Below, one piece after another: positions 27,001-45,900 of a stretch of 64,000 bases of DNA. Each line of letters starts with the position of its first letter. Position 1 is the first letter of the stretch. Source of the stretch: Octopus bimaculoides (lineage: Eukaryota); NCBI RefSeq assembly GCF_001194135.2, contig NC_069003.1, positions 33,070,697 through 33,134,696 of the forward strand, written 5' to 3'. The notes under the pieces were generated by a model. It saw nothing but the letters and a program-made list of their open reading frames with translations. It did not search any database and was not told where the DNA came from. Both the position numbers and the translations under genes were made by a program.

Positions 27001-27599
27001 AAGTCCATTGTTTTCTTCTAAATATTATTGCAGCCAACACAGCCACCCAAATTTGTGACAGAATTTGTAGCAAGAAACACCCAGAGGTAAGATGTCGTTT
27101 CTGAATTGTTGTGACCCTACTTTAGAAGATAGTGTGAACACGGGATCATCTCTTAGTAAAACTCTTATTTTTAACTAACTTATCCCTTGTACTTAGTACA
27201 ATACCAGATCTCTTATCTGGTTTCCAGTTATCCTGTGCAGTGTACTGTACTCTGTATTGAGTAAACAGATCCTTGTTTTTGAAGTTAATTTGCATAGTGT
27301 GTTTAAAATAGTTTTGCTCACTTTTTTTTTTAAAGTGGATTGACAAAGATTAAACATTCTGAATTAGAATTGTATCTGTTAAATAAAATCATGTTATTTA
27401 TTTTTCTTCATCTAATTCGACACTGATTTTGTGTAACTTCTTTCTTTCTATCTTTTAACAGACAGACTACCTTGACGAATGCCGTCAACAACGGTCAAAA
27501 GAGTGGACGGACTTTATGACGGAACAATGTAAAAAAAGTGCTGAAGTCGACCAAATGTTTGAGGCTGAACTGGGTACAATAAAATCTGTCCTTAGATAA
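24008..27599 (+). CDS. BLOC1S5: BLOC-1 subunit 5 (Muted), complete, 5 coding exons, 142 aa
   Basis: Exons 24008-24032, 24898-24980, 25817-25946, 27034-27086, 27462-27599 total 429 nt and are phase-consistent. Translation MAFDLMIKDLSEIQSRLYDHRPVLQGDVLYFFKEFEEKRGHRD...EWTDFMTEQCKKSAEVDQ matches human Muted (IIKDLGEIHSRLLDHRPVIQGETRYFVKEFEEKRG...QWDNFMKEQPNKRAEVDE). The exon 4 acceptor is the least certain boundary. Confidence 0.92.
24300..24810 (-). mobile_element. RTE-clade LINE (Rex3/Expander-like) 3' fragment with tandem-repeat tail
   Basis: The minus strand translates, with frameshifts, to GHVIRM...DNIPSLSWSRLGIQLESLMTVALDMTLWK/LRALPPRP, like the Rex3/Expander C-terminus (RWxDxxxxLAWERLG...WxxLLxLLPPRP). 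Three copies of CCGCCCACTATTTCTGGGAGGGTCAA-like units lie at 24365-24480. Homologous fragments at about 1595-1810, 46700-46910 and 54945-55230. Confidence 0.8.
26130..26366. mobile_element. piggyBac-like MITE family 3
   Basis: TTAACCCTCAAACGGT ... ACTGTTTAAGGGTTAA is a 16-bp inverted repeat (TTAA included) with two mismatches. Confidence 0.7.
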
Positions 27600-28163
27600 A
27601 TTGCTAAATACAAAACCATGTAAAAGAACAATTTTCAGTAATATACATTGGTCATATGGAGGGACCAAATACTTCAAACTGAAGTCTACCCCCTTAACCC
27701 CACCCTCCCAATTTTACCCCAGAGAAAACTAAACACCCCACCCACTTCCCACATCGTTATTTATACTGTTCCAAGTTTGTTAATAATTGACGTTTATAAA
27801 AATTGTTCTTGATTTAAGTTTCTCTTTGTTGTTGTTGATAAAGATGATGGATTGGCCGAATCATTAGAGCATTGGACATAATGCTTTGTGTATTTCTTCT
27901 GCTTAGGGTCCTAGTTCAAGTCCTGCCAAGGTCAACTTTGACTCTTGTCCCTTCAATGTTGATAAAATACCAGTTAAATATTTGAAAGAGTAAACCATTC
28001 TTAGGAATTCTTTGAAAATAAAACAAAGTTAGGCATAAACAGTATTATTATTATTATTATTATTATTTATTGTTTAAGGGTTAAAAACAATGGGGAAGTG
28101 GCCAAAACATTGAAAAAAAAAAAGACAAGATAAAAATAATCCAAAAAAAAAAAAATGCATTGA

Positions 28164-34026
<5,863 letters not shown>

Positions 34027-35639
34027 TATAGCTTTTTAATCTAGAAAAAAATAAATATATAAAATAAAATTAAAATACAACCCTGAAACACAAGCATTTT
34101 GTAGATTGGAATTAGCACCTTTCTTTCAACTGGTTGCAGAGAATAAATTGAAAGAATTTTTACATAATTACTGGTATCCATTAAGATTGTAACTTTTGTC
34201 ATTTCGAACCGCCTTCTTTCCTATTCCCACCCACTTGTATATAATGTGGGGTAGCCATGTAGCTCCTCTGTAGCATGGAAAAAAAAAATGCTTGATGATG
34301 ATGACAAGAGTATCTTCAGTCAAACCGTCCAACCCATGCCAGCATGGAAAATGGACGTTAAACAACAAGAATGATGATGAATATATATATTCTTTTATTC
34401 GTTTGTCATTTGACTGCAGTCATGCTGGAGTACCACCTATAGTCGAACAAATTGACCCCATGACATATTCTTTGTAACCCCAGGACATATTCGATCAGTC
34501 TCCAGATTTTTATCGCGTGATGTCTTACTACAGCTAAATGAAGCAGTTACATACATAGTCAGTAAGGTGGGCAAATCCAAGAAGACCCGGCAATCAGAAT
34601 GTTGAAAATAAAATAACGAACCTTTCTAGTATAAGCAAAAGGCCTAAAATTTGCGGGGAGGATTGTAGTCAATTACATCGACCCCAGTGCTCAACTGGTA
34701 CTTACTTAATCATCATCGAAAGGATAAACAGTAAAGTCGACCCTCGGCAGAATTTCAACTCAGAACGTTTAAACGGACGAAATTCCGTTAAGCATTTTGT
34801 CCGGCGTGCTAATGATTCTGCCAGCTCGCCGCATTAAATAACAATGCGAATTAATGGTTTCAAATTTTGGGCACAGAGACGGAGAAAATGCTTTGCGGCA
34901 TTTTAACCGGCGTGCTAACGATTCTGTGAAGGACCTTGAAATAGAGGTCTTAGAAATGTGACATCTAAGAACGACAAGTGTACCTCTGGTCATCGGAACT
35001 TTGGGTATAATACCAAATGGCACTGCTGAACACTATGGCCAAAACTCAATTTTTTTTCTTCATCTCATGGTGCTGCCCACATCGCAAGAAAAATACTGTC
35101 AACTTGAAAATACCTGATTCTCTTAAAACTTTCAAAACTGAAATATTACAGATTTAACAGAATCTTAGTTCTCAAATTCTGGTCTATTTTCCCAACATTA
35201 TATCATTGCTAATCATAAGTAAAAACGTCTAAATTGCTGTTGCTTGAGGTCTGTGCGTGACAATTGAAACAGATCGTTTAAAACAAAGCAACAACATAAA
35301 TAATAATAATAATTTTTGATGAGGCACGAAGCTGGTTTATGCAAGGGAGGTTGATTAATCCTGTTTATAGATTATATCTACTTTCCCTATCAACTAAAAC
35401 CGGCAGGTTTGGGACTCAAAACAGTAAACAACGAAAATAAATACAATTTAATGTCCAAGCAGAAGTGCACTCAATACATGCGGTTGAGTCGATCTGTGTT
35501 GTCACCTGAACGAACGGCGATACACAATAAACCATTAGTTCAAAATACACCCACGTACAAAATGATAATAATATAACAAAAACACAGAGATAGCCATGGA
35601 ACTATCATAATAAATTAATAAAAGGTTGAAGACACTTAC

Positions 35640-35717
35640 TGTCCGAGAATTCACGAGTGATTCAGCAATAAATAACCATAACGGAACCGGGGATTTTGGG
35701 ATAGCTTAACTTCCGGT
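35640..35717 (-). promoter_or_regulatory. Putative non-coding first exon and promoter of PSMD14
   Basis: Strong donor (ag|GTAAGT on minus) at 35639. The segment is locally CpG-rich and has an ETS-type site (CCGGAAGT on minus, 35709-35716). Coding exon 2 carries 14 nt of 5'UTR after an AG at 34041-34042. Confidence 0.6.
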
Positions 35718-36109
35718 ATATGTTACCGGGCGCCGCTACCAGTATTACTTCGGCTGTTTCCGTAAGCCGGTCTATATCGAACTCTCGACTATTATTTTAT
35801 ATGTCTCGTTGTATAGTAAAATAAAATGGATTTAAAATAATTTATATTATATTTACTATAATGTAGAGTGTTTTTTAATTTTAATTTTTTTTTTGTCGAC
35901 AGAAATCATCCGGTGAATTAGTTGTAAAGTCTATCAGAAATATATTGTCCGGGTCTTGAGAGTAAACGTATCGGAATTAGTGATACATGCTGGCATGGGT
36001 TGGACGGTTTGACAGGAGCCGGCCAGGTAGGAGACTACACCAGGCTACTGTGTCTGTTTTGGCAGGGTTTTTACGGTTGGATGCCCTTCTTAACACCTAG
36101 CAGGGTGAA

Positions 36110-36287
36110 CTGAATGCTTTTTATGTGGCACCAGCACAGGTGAGGTCAGTTTTGGTATGGTTTTTACAGCTGGATGCCCTTCCAAATGCCAACCACTTCA
36201 CAGTGTGGACTGAATGCTTTTTATGTGGCACCAGCACAGGTGAGGTCAGTTTTGGTATGGTTTTTACAGCTGGATGCCCTTCCAAAT
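36110..36287. repeat. 100-bp tandem repeat of SINE-B sequence running into an assembly gap
   Basis: CTGAATGCTTTTTATGTGGCACC...TTCCAAAT starts at 36110 and again at 36210 with identical sequence. The N gap starts at 36288. Confidence 0.85.
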
Positions 36288-37312
36288 NNNNNNNNNNNNN
36301 NNNNNNNNNNNNNNNNNNNNNNNNNNNNNNNNNNNNNNNNNNNNNNNNNNNNNNNNNNNNNNNNNNNNNNNNNNNNNNNNNNNNNNNNNNNNNNNNNNNN
36401 NNNNNNNNNNNNNNNNNNNNNNNNNNNNNNNNNNNNNNNNNNNNNNNNNNNNNNNNNNNNNNNNNNNNNNNNNNNNNNNNNNNNNNNNNNNNNNNNNNNN
36501 NNNNNNNNNNNNNNNNNNNNNNNNNNNNNNNNNNNNNNNNNNNNNNNNNNNNNNNNNNNNNNNNNNNNNNNNNNNNNNNNGTGTCAGATGATGAAAGGTT
36601 AGAGTGTGACAGAGAGGCAGAAACAGGTGTTTTGCTATAGTGGAGGTACATAGTTACCTAGCCAGGGAAGTGAAAAAGTCTTTAACGTTTCGAGCCTACG
36701 CTCTTCCACAGAAAGGAACTCCCCTCCAGCTGAGCATCCCTAACCTTGCAGGCTCACAGATGCTGGTGTCACATAAAAGCACTAATGCTGGTGCCACGTT
36801 GAAAACACGCAGCACACTCTGTAAAGTGGTTGGTGTTAGGAAGGGCATCCATCCGTAGAAACCATGCCAAAACAGACAATTGGAGCCTGGACAGCTCCTC
36901 TCATGCAGTCCAGCCCATGCTAGCATGGAGAAAGGATGATGGTGATATATTGTTTCTCCATTGGATTTACAGTCAGGGTTGTGATTGCTGATATCTAGAT
37001 TAAATTTTATGTTCCTTTACCAAGTCATACACTAGTCCTCAAGGGATTCTCAGCTAATTTACCAGTCATATGAGTGACCCTTCATTGGAATGCAATTACA
37101 GGTGTGTTTTTGCCAGGGCAGATCCTTGATTTAGGGTGAGCCAACAACTGGAGACTGGAATAATTTTGTGGGATTACAAAGAATAAGTGGCTTACAAAGA
37201 GTAAGTCCTGGGCTTGATTTCTTCAACTTAGAAAACCCCTTAAATGTGATGCTCCAGAATGGCTGCAGTCAAATGACTGAAACAAGTAAAAGAATAAAAG
37301 AGTATAAGTGCA

Positions 37313-37680
37313 GGCACGGCTGATGATAAAAAGCTTGCTTCCCAAGCACATAATTCTGGGTTCAGTCCCACTGTGTGGTACCTTGGGTATCTTCTACTAT
37401 AGCCTTGGGCAGACCAAAACCTTGTCATTGGATTTGGTAGACGGAAACTGAAAGAAGCCCATCGTATATATATCTGTCTTTGTCCCCCACGACTACTTGA
37501 CAACCGATGTTGGTGTGTTTACGTCCCCGTAACCTAGCAGTTCAACAAAAGAGATTGATAGAATAAGCACAAGGCTTAAAAAAAAAGAACAAATACTGGG
37601 GTCGATTATTCGCCTAAAAATTCTTCAGTGCAGTGCCCCAGCATGGCCGCAGTTTAATGATGAAACAAATAAATGGTAAA
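37313..37680 (+). mobile_element. tRNA-derived SINE family C, near full length
   Basis: tRNA-like head (AAGCTTGCTTCCCAA...GGGTTCAGTCCCACTG), body GATTTGGTAGACGGAAACTGAAAGAAGCCC, and tail CCAGCATGGCCGCAGTTTAATGA...AAACAAATAAA. Related pieces at about 26575-26700 (-), 34390-34520 (-), 57130-57230 (+) and 62690-62820 (-). Confidence 0.7.
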
Positions 37681-38470
37681 AGAGAATTGTAATCTACACC
37701 ATTGCAAAATTTAGCTCCATAAAAAAAAAAAAGAAAAAATCTGTATTTCTTAGAAAGTTATAAGATTCAAAATAGGTGTGTGGGTGTGCATAACATCTTC
37801 ATTTAACGTCGATTTTCCACGCTGGCGTGGGTTGGACGGTTTGACAGAATCTGATGAGACGGTCCGATGTCAGATATTTATTATATTACATATATAATAC
37901 ATATTTTATATAATTATATGTATATCATATGTAATATACATAATATATATATATATTTCGTATAGTCACTGCAAATATTTTTAAAGCTATAGATTACCAA
38001 TAAAAGAAATATTTCTTCATTTTTAAAATGAGTTCTATTCGAAAACGTGCAGCCAAATATAAAGAAATAGTTTTAGATGATAAGATCAAAGAATAAAGAG
38101 TCAAAATGCCGGTGGATGAGTCAGATTTTATAAGAATCAGTCTGGTTTCCATGAAAATACATTCAAACTATAGTGGAAAAAAAATCAAACACTACGTATA
38201 TGATTTGTATATTTTATTTTATTAATATAATTTTTCCTCATTTTAAACCAAGTAATAATTTAATTTTAAAAAAATTCAGAATTAAAAAAAATTTAATGTA
38301 AGATTAAAGTGTATCCAATCCATTTATTTTCTTTCGGTTTTCGAGTTTCTTTATTACCGGTTTCGTTTCGTCATCTCTTATATTTCTTTATCCTGTCTCT
38401 CTTTCTTCCTCACACTTTAAACATTCCGTGTTTTCTCTCAACTCTCTTTCAACATATCTGTTTGGTCATC

Positions 38471-39859
38471 ATGGCTGATACTGCTGCACCTTTGACTGTC
38501 GGCGGCGATAGAACTTCTGGTCAGACAGTTCGGACTCAAAATGGTAACTAATTCTTTCACTTATATTATGTTCTAACTTCTCCCAATTAATCGTGTCGTT
38601 GTCTTCGTTCTAGCTGCCTTGCCATTGCTTTCCTATCTCCTCCACATGGTATCCCCCCCATCTCACGTGTGAGCTTTCTAGAAGATTCTTGTCTTTGAAA
38701 TAAATTAAAATATAAGTATATATTATCTCTCTGTTTGTTATAGCTGATATTTTTTGAATAAATATTCAAATATGAACTTTAAAAATTACATTTCATAGGT
38801 TTATTGTTTTAAAATTTCTCCGTACTACAGAACAATGTATATTTTCTATTAAATGGTCTTGGCTTAATAACCATTCCGTATTCCGCCCAATTATAAGTCT
38901 ATTAAGGACTATTATAATATCAATAATAATCAAGAAAACACGTTATTACATGTCTACTGTTACCTATGTTTATGAACATGTCCTTGTATGTAGATATTGA
39001 CGCATTGCTAAGCTGACATAGGCGTCCCATCTTTAGCGGCGGACCCCCCACCCAATCTTTTTGTACCACGCACCGGTTTCATGCAAGACAATTTCTCCAC
39101 AGGCAAGAGGACTGTGTTCGTTAACGAAGCTTATAACATAAAATTTAATTATTACATTTATAATACATATATATAGTTTTAGGGAAAAGAATCAAGGTTC
39201 ACGAACTCATCGATGAAAATACTGTGAAATTTAATTTTAACTTTTAATAAATTGATTTTAATTGAGTTTTTACCTGTAATTTTGGATTTTTATCCCTAAT
39301 ATATATATATATATATATATATATGATGCAAATACACTCGGGAAACTGCGATAATCAATAAAATGGAAATAAAATATAAATTTTATTCTTTCTGTGCGGC
39401 TCGATATCGAATGATTCACGCACGGTTGTTAGGGGCCTCCTATTTAGGTGGAGATAGGACGTATTTGTGCTATATAATGTGAATAATGCATGTATTAATC
39501 AAAATCAACAGTTACTTGAATTTATTGAAGTAAATTCTAGATGGTTTATCATTTGCGATATTAGAGGAAGAAGAGAACGTGAGGTTGTGACGTTCATGCC
39601 TTTACAGAACAAAAGAAACGAAATATCAGTGACATTTGTATTCTACCGTTAACTTGTCTGGCGTATAGTAGGGTCGTACTGTAGCGCTCACCGTGGTTTT
39701 GTGTTCAAACCCTTCCGAGCACGAGGAAATAAAGGACTAGTCTTGCATTGAGTTTAATGGCTTCAAATTTTATTTCCATTGTCTAAACATAGTGGATTGG
39801 CGGTGCGTCGTAATGCCTTGCAGTGTTTTTGGTCAATATAGCAGTACTGAACAATTACC

Positions 39860-39902
<43 letters not shown>

Positions 39903-42900
39903 GCGGTGAGCTGGCAGAATCGTTAGCGCGCTGGACGGAATGCTCAGCGGTATTTCGCCCGTCGCTACGTTCTGAGTTCAAATTCTGCCGAGGTCGACTT
40001 TACCTTTCGTCCTCTAGGAGTTGATAAAATGAGTACCAGTTGAACACTGGGGTCGATGTAATCGACTCATTCCCCCTTCCCCAAGCTGCTGCACTTGTGG
40101 AAAAATTTGGAATTATTAAATTAAATCCCAAAAGCCGTATTATGGTCTAGAGCCATACTTTGCTTTGTGCTGTTTTTAAAAATTATGATGTAACTATTTG
40201 TTTATGTCTCTACACTGTTGTGGCAATGAATGGCTGCAAGATTGATTCCATTAGTTTAGAAATATTCTTTGACAGTCACTGTCTGTGGGTCTATTGTGGA
40301 AATTGACCGTGTGACTAGTTTGCTGTGTGTTTGATCAGATGGTATAGATGTAGTGTTTAACAACGTTCTAGATTGTTACAATTTCCTTGTAATGTTTGTG
40401 GATTTTTTTGTTGTTGTTGTTCAGCCCTAGGTCATACCTGTAATTAACCCTTTAACATCCAGGTTACTTTGCCAAATGTTATGTTTGTTTATGCACGTGG
40501 TTTTGAATTAATCATGCAAAGTTATAGATTTCAACAATGTGATTGTTTATTTTTAGGAAGGTAGGGTAGGTGTGAGATGTCAGATCTGGTTGGTTTGAAC
40601 ATAAAACAGAATATCTGGGCTGGATATGACCAGGGTTAAAGGGTACATAAATTGTGGACATAAATTTCATGTCTTCATAAATGTTGTGTCTTGGATTGTT
40701 GGACATATAGTCCCAGAGTCAAACATAAAAAACATTTGCATACTTAAATATTCATCATCATCATTATTTAATGTCAGTTTTCTATTCTGGCAAAGGTTGG
40801 GCAGTTTGACAAGAGCTAGCAAAGTCGAGGGCTGCACCAGACTCCATTTGTCTGTTTTGGCATGGTTTCTACAGCTGAATGCCTTTCCAAATCCAGCCAC
40901 TTCACAGATTGTACTGGGTGCCTTTCTATGTGGCACCAACACATTTTAAAATGAGATGTATCAATCAACTGTATTGTATATCCTAATAATCCAATCCATG
41001 CTGGCATGATTTGGACGGAATAATGAACTGGGTTCTCCAGTTGATTTAAGTAGGGTTGGGGAGGTTGTGCCTGGAGAATAGTTGAGAAGTGTATGTTTTG
41101 AGCAAATATGGCTTTTGAAATAAACTGCCCAAATTAAGTTTGACACTTTGACATCAAGTGTGTTTGTGTTAATAAATTTTGTGTTTTATTAATATTTTTC
41201 TTTTTATCTGTTACAGTGATGGCAGCATGTGCAATTGCTAATATTATTAAAAGCAGTCTTGGTCCTGTAGGACTCGACAAAATGCTGGTCGACGACATTG
41301 GGGTAAGTAATATGATAATATCAAACAGATACTTTATATATTGTTTAATTGGTCATATTGTTGTCTAATTAATTAACTCTTTCTGTGTGGTCACTGTAAG
41401 TTATACCTTCTCGAATCTTCAACTTTAAAGGTGGCTACCAGAACAAACAGTACAAAACCTTGTTCTGGAGTAAAAGTTCAAAGGGGGTGGGGAAATAACA
41501 TTTCAAAATGTTTGGGTCATATGTATTTGCTCATATTCCATTTGTAATTAAAATTTCAATGTAGTGGTCAGTGAATTTTGACAGTACACTATCAAATGAC
41601 ATGTTTCAGTGTTATTGCTGCTCTTTAGCAAAGTATTAGCTATTTTTCTTTAGTCTATTTGCTTGACCTGTTTCCGTCTACAGTCTTCTGAACCCACTGC
41701 TGGTTTTGTTACAAAATCTATTTAAAAGGATTCATATTTTTTAAACAAAACCTTTCAGCATAATTTTAAGAATCTTTTTGTGGCTAAACACCAGCTTAAT
41801 AATGATAGTTATTTTACTAAATCTCTTTAAAAAGTATCAAACTTAATTTCGACAGTTTATTTCAAAAGAAATTAGATCCCCAAAGGATTGTTCTGCTCCA
41901 TTCATGAAAACTTACAAGTTTAATGTTTGTTTTGTAGCTAATCATGATATCTGTTGAGGTTAACAATCCAATGTGTTCTTTATTTGATGTATTTCACCAT
42001 TTTATTTCCTTTTTTTTTTAATTCTCAGGACATAACAATTACCAATGATGGCGCTACGATCCTTAAGCTATTGGAAGTAGAACACCCAGCTGCTAAGATT
42101 TTGGTAGAATTGGCTGAACTACAAGACAAGGAAGTAGGCGATGGAACTAGCAGTGTGGTAAGTGGTCGTTAACTGTTATGTAGAATACATTAGTTTGATT
42201 CAATCTATGCTAAACTGTCTCTTTCTCCTGTCTTACTTGAATGTCTCCATGAGATCACAGGTCCTTTGTGAAATATTAAGGGCTAATAGTCCTCATTCTT
42301 AAGAGGCTTAAATGTTTTTCATTTTTATCTGCACCTTGTCATGGGCCTTGTTAAGCATTGTAATTTCTCATTCAGATTTGTGTAGTTGTTTTCCTATATT
42401 CTGGTTCTCCTGATTCTTTTTATCTTTCACTGTTTGGCAATAGTAACTGTCAAATTGAGGCTGTTTTGTTGTAGATGAAGGAAAATAAAAGTTCTGTCTT
42501 TGTATTAAGCAAGTAATACTATAAATCTTACTAGCTTGCAAGTTTCTTGAAAACAGCCTGGTTAAAAATTTTTTTTTTTCCAAATTTATATTTTGCCCCT
42601 TAAAACTCAACAGCATGATGATCCATTCGGTGAAGAAAGGGAATAGTTGACAAAGTTTCAAAAATTGCTTTTTTCATCTTGAAGGTGAAAATCCTCATCT
42701 ATGCAAAAATAGAGCTTAATTCATACTCTTTCAAAATGGAAATTTAAGGGTTGGTAGTTCCATGTTTATAGCTGGTAAAAAATTACAAAGTTTTGAAAGT
42801 GAGTCGGAAGATTTAAAATCTAAATTTGTTTTATTTCAGGTGATCCTGGCTAGTGAGTTACTGAAGAATGCCGATGATTTGGTTAAAAGTAAAATCCATC

Positions 42901-45900
42901 CTACCACCATTATTAGTGGTTACAGACTGGCTTGCAAGTGAGTGGGTCTTCTTCTTCTGACCCTTTAGCGTTTAAACTGACCGTATCTGGCCAAAACATT
43001 CTACCTGTTTTAAGTTAAACTGACCAGATTCAACCTCTCATACCTACCCTACAATGTCGTTCTAAAATAAACAATCACATCATTGCAATATTGAAGCTAT
43101 GAGATAATGTCTGACTAATTCAAAATAATGTGAAGAAATAAGCAATACATTCGACAGAAATCTGAATGCTAAAGTTTTGAAACTCTCCAACAACTGAATA
43201 ATACATGGTTCGTACCATTATTACTAACAGGTGGTTGTGGGGATGGTGATGTAACACCACCACTACTATCACTATCCCCACAACCATCAGTTAGTAGTAG
43301 TAGTCATAGTAATTAATGGTGCAGATAAATTTTGTGATTGTTTTTTAACCCAAGGTCAGTTGGTTCAAATCCAGAAATGATTTGAGGGATATTTCTCAAC
43401 TGTTTCGAGCAATTGAGCACCTTTGTTTTTAAGACAGTATCCTGTGATTTGAGGGAGTGTTGCTTGCTATTTCTACCAGGTCTACTGGCTGTATGGAGGT
43501 CTCTTTCTATGGTAACATATAGCAATTCAGACTTAAAGTGTTTTAAGATAAGCCACATTCAATTGGTTAAAATCCCCCAAAATTTCAATCTTTAGGGGTT
43601 GCAAGAGTGTGAGGGATGGTTAGAGACAGAGAATGGATGCGAGGATGAATATAATAAAGAAAAGTATTGAGGAATTGTAAACGAGAGAGAGAGAGAGAAG
43701 AGTAGGTGACAACTGTAGAAATTGGATCAGATTGAAAAATGACCAATGTGTGTTTTTGTAACTTTATATATTTTTTTTCTTTTCAGAGAGGCTTGTCGTT
43801 ACATTCAAGAAAACCTATGTATTAACACTGATGAATTGGGTCATGAATCCATCCTCAGTGTGGCCAGGACCAGCATGGCCAGCAAGCTGATTGGAGCGTA
43901 TCCTTATTTTGATTATTTCTCTTGCAAATCACTTTCTCTTCCTCTCTCTTGTGAAGCATTTAGACCAGCCATGCCTGGCCCAAACATTAAAATTCCTCAC
44001 AGAATTCAACTCACTTATTATCACTATGGCAAGGTTATCTTGTATACATGTATGTGTGTTTGTATTGATTTGTTTATTGTATATCTTTTTGCCTGGTTAT
44101 GTTTGTATCGTGTCTATGTTTTTGTCAGTTGTATATATATATATGCCACTAGCTAATATTTTCTTAATGAGCTAGTTTGTTATGTATGTATATATATATA
44201 TATATCTTTGTTGGTTGTATATATAACTGTGTGTATCTTTTTGTGTTGGTTGTATACATTTTTTGTTTTTGTTGTGTGTGTGTATGTTGATGTTTCTTCC
44301 AGGAGATTCAAATGGAGACTCTCTGAAACGTTTTGCAATTTTTCACTGTGACATGAATTGATTTGACTTTTGCACTAAAATAATGTCTACTTAAGATATT
44401 GGTAATAGCAGCAGTATTAATAATGGTAGCCATTGTACTGTTTCCCTGGTAGTCTTAAAAGGAGCATAAACTAATTTCCACAAAGACCGATTCCTTAACA
44501 TCCCACCAGAGAAGCTGACTTTTTTGCTAACATGGTTGTTGATGCCGTACAAGCTGTAAAGATCACTGACTCCAAGGGAAATTCTCGTTACCCAGTGAAA
44601 GCCATCAATGTCCTCAAGGCCCATGGTCGAAGCAGCAGGGAAAGTGTTCTTGTCAATGGCTATGCTATCAATGTCACTGTTGGATCTAAAGGTAAGTTGG
44701 TTCTTGGTTTTACTGGTCTCTCAGAATTTACTCTTCCTCTCTTCAAGCCATTTCCTCTTCTTCGCTGTTGAAGTATTGAATGTGAGATAATGTGTGCTTA
44801 TAATATTTAAACTGGCCATATTTGGCTCAAATACTCTACCTGCTTTATGTTAAAAAAAGGCCAGATCCAGCCTCTCACATATACCCTACAATGTAATAAT
44901 ATATACTAGCAGAGAGTGCTTTAACCCATTAGCACTTATGATGGCCATATCTGGCCTGAATAATCTACCTGTTTTATGTCCAAACTGGCCAGATTTGGCC
45001 TTTTACGCTTACCTTACAATGTCATTCTAAAATAAATAGTCACATCATGGAAGTCACAAAGCTATGGGATAATGTATGTTTAATTTAAAACAATGCAAAT
45101 AAATAAGCATTATAGTTGTCAAGATGATGATGATGATGATGTCTCCAGTGTCTGTCTGTCTCTTGTAAAATGTATCAGTCTGCCTACTTAATAAAGCATT
45201 ATTAATTCCTGTTTCTTTTCTTCCAACAGCCATGCCAAAAAGTATTACCAATGCCAAAATTGCCTGCTTAGATTTTGGTCTCAGGAAAGAGAAAATGAAG
45301 CTTGGGGTTCAAATTCTAATTGATGACCCTAGCAAACTTGAAGATATTAGAAGAAGGTATTTATAAGCACTTTTGGTAAACAACTCCAACCCCCACCCCT
45401 CCGGCATCTGATAGTGAATAATTGTTGCAGCATTAGTTTAGCTTTTCCAATGTATTGTGTTAATATGCAGGGTCAGTTGATTTTTGTTTATATTTTGTAA
45501 ATGATGAAATGGTTCAAACAAGTACTTCTATAGTAAAGCAAGTGCTAACATATTTAATCTAGTGAACCAACAAACGTTAATTAAAACCACACTCCACTCA
45601 TGTTGCTATTTTTAGGATAAATTGTGGTGAAGAAAGACATAGGGAGGAAGTGCAGGGGAGTACCTTGGAAAATTGAATCTGATGAAAGCAGAATGTAACA
45701 GAGAATGATTGTGATTCTTAGCATGTTTCAGTGAAACCTAGTTTAACTGTTGCTGCAGATCTTAGGATTGATTTGAGAATGAACAGGGCATGGAATGGTG
45801 TTATATCGCAATACTACACTGGTTGTGTGAGCTGCGAAATCCCCGTCGCCACTGTTATATCGCATGTTCGGATGACCTCTACTCAACTACACCGACGTCT

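Noticed and set aside
39657-39722. tRNA-like sequence with A- and B-box (also 29650-29710)
   Set aside because: No cloverleaf or acceptor stem can be formed, so these are decayed tRNA-derived SINE heads.
41381-41512. Possible H/ACA snoRNA in TCP1 intron 2 (hairpin, ACAGTA, ACA)
   Set aside because: The second hairpin is weak and the pocket-to-box spacing (~22 nt) does not fit the 14-16 nt rule. It would need an Infernal or snoGPS hit.
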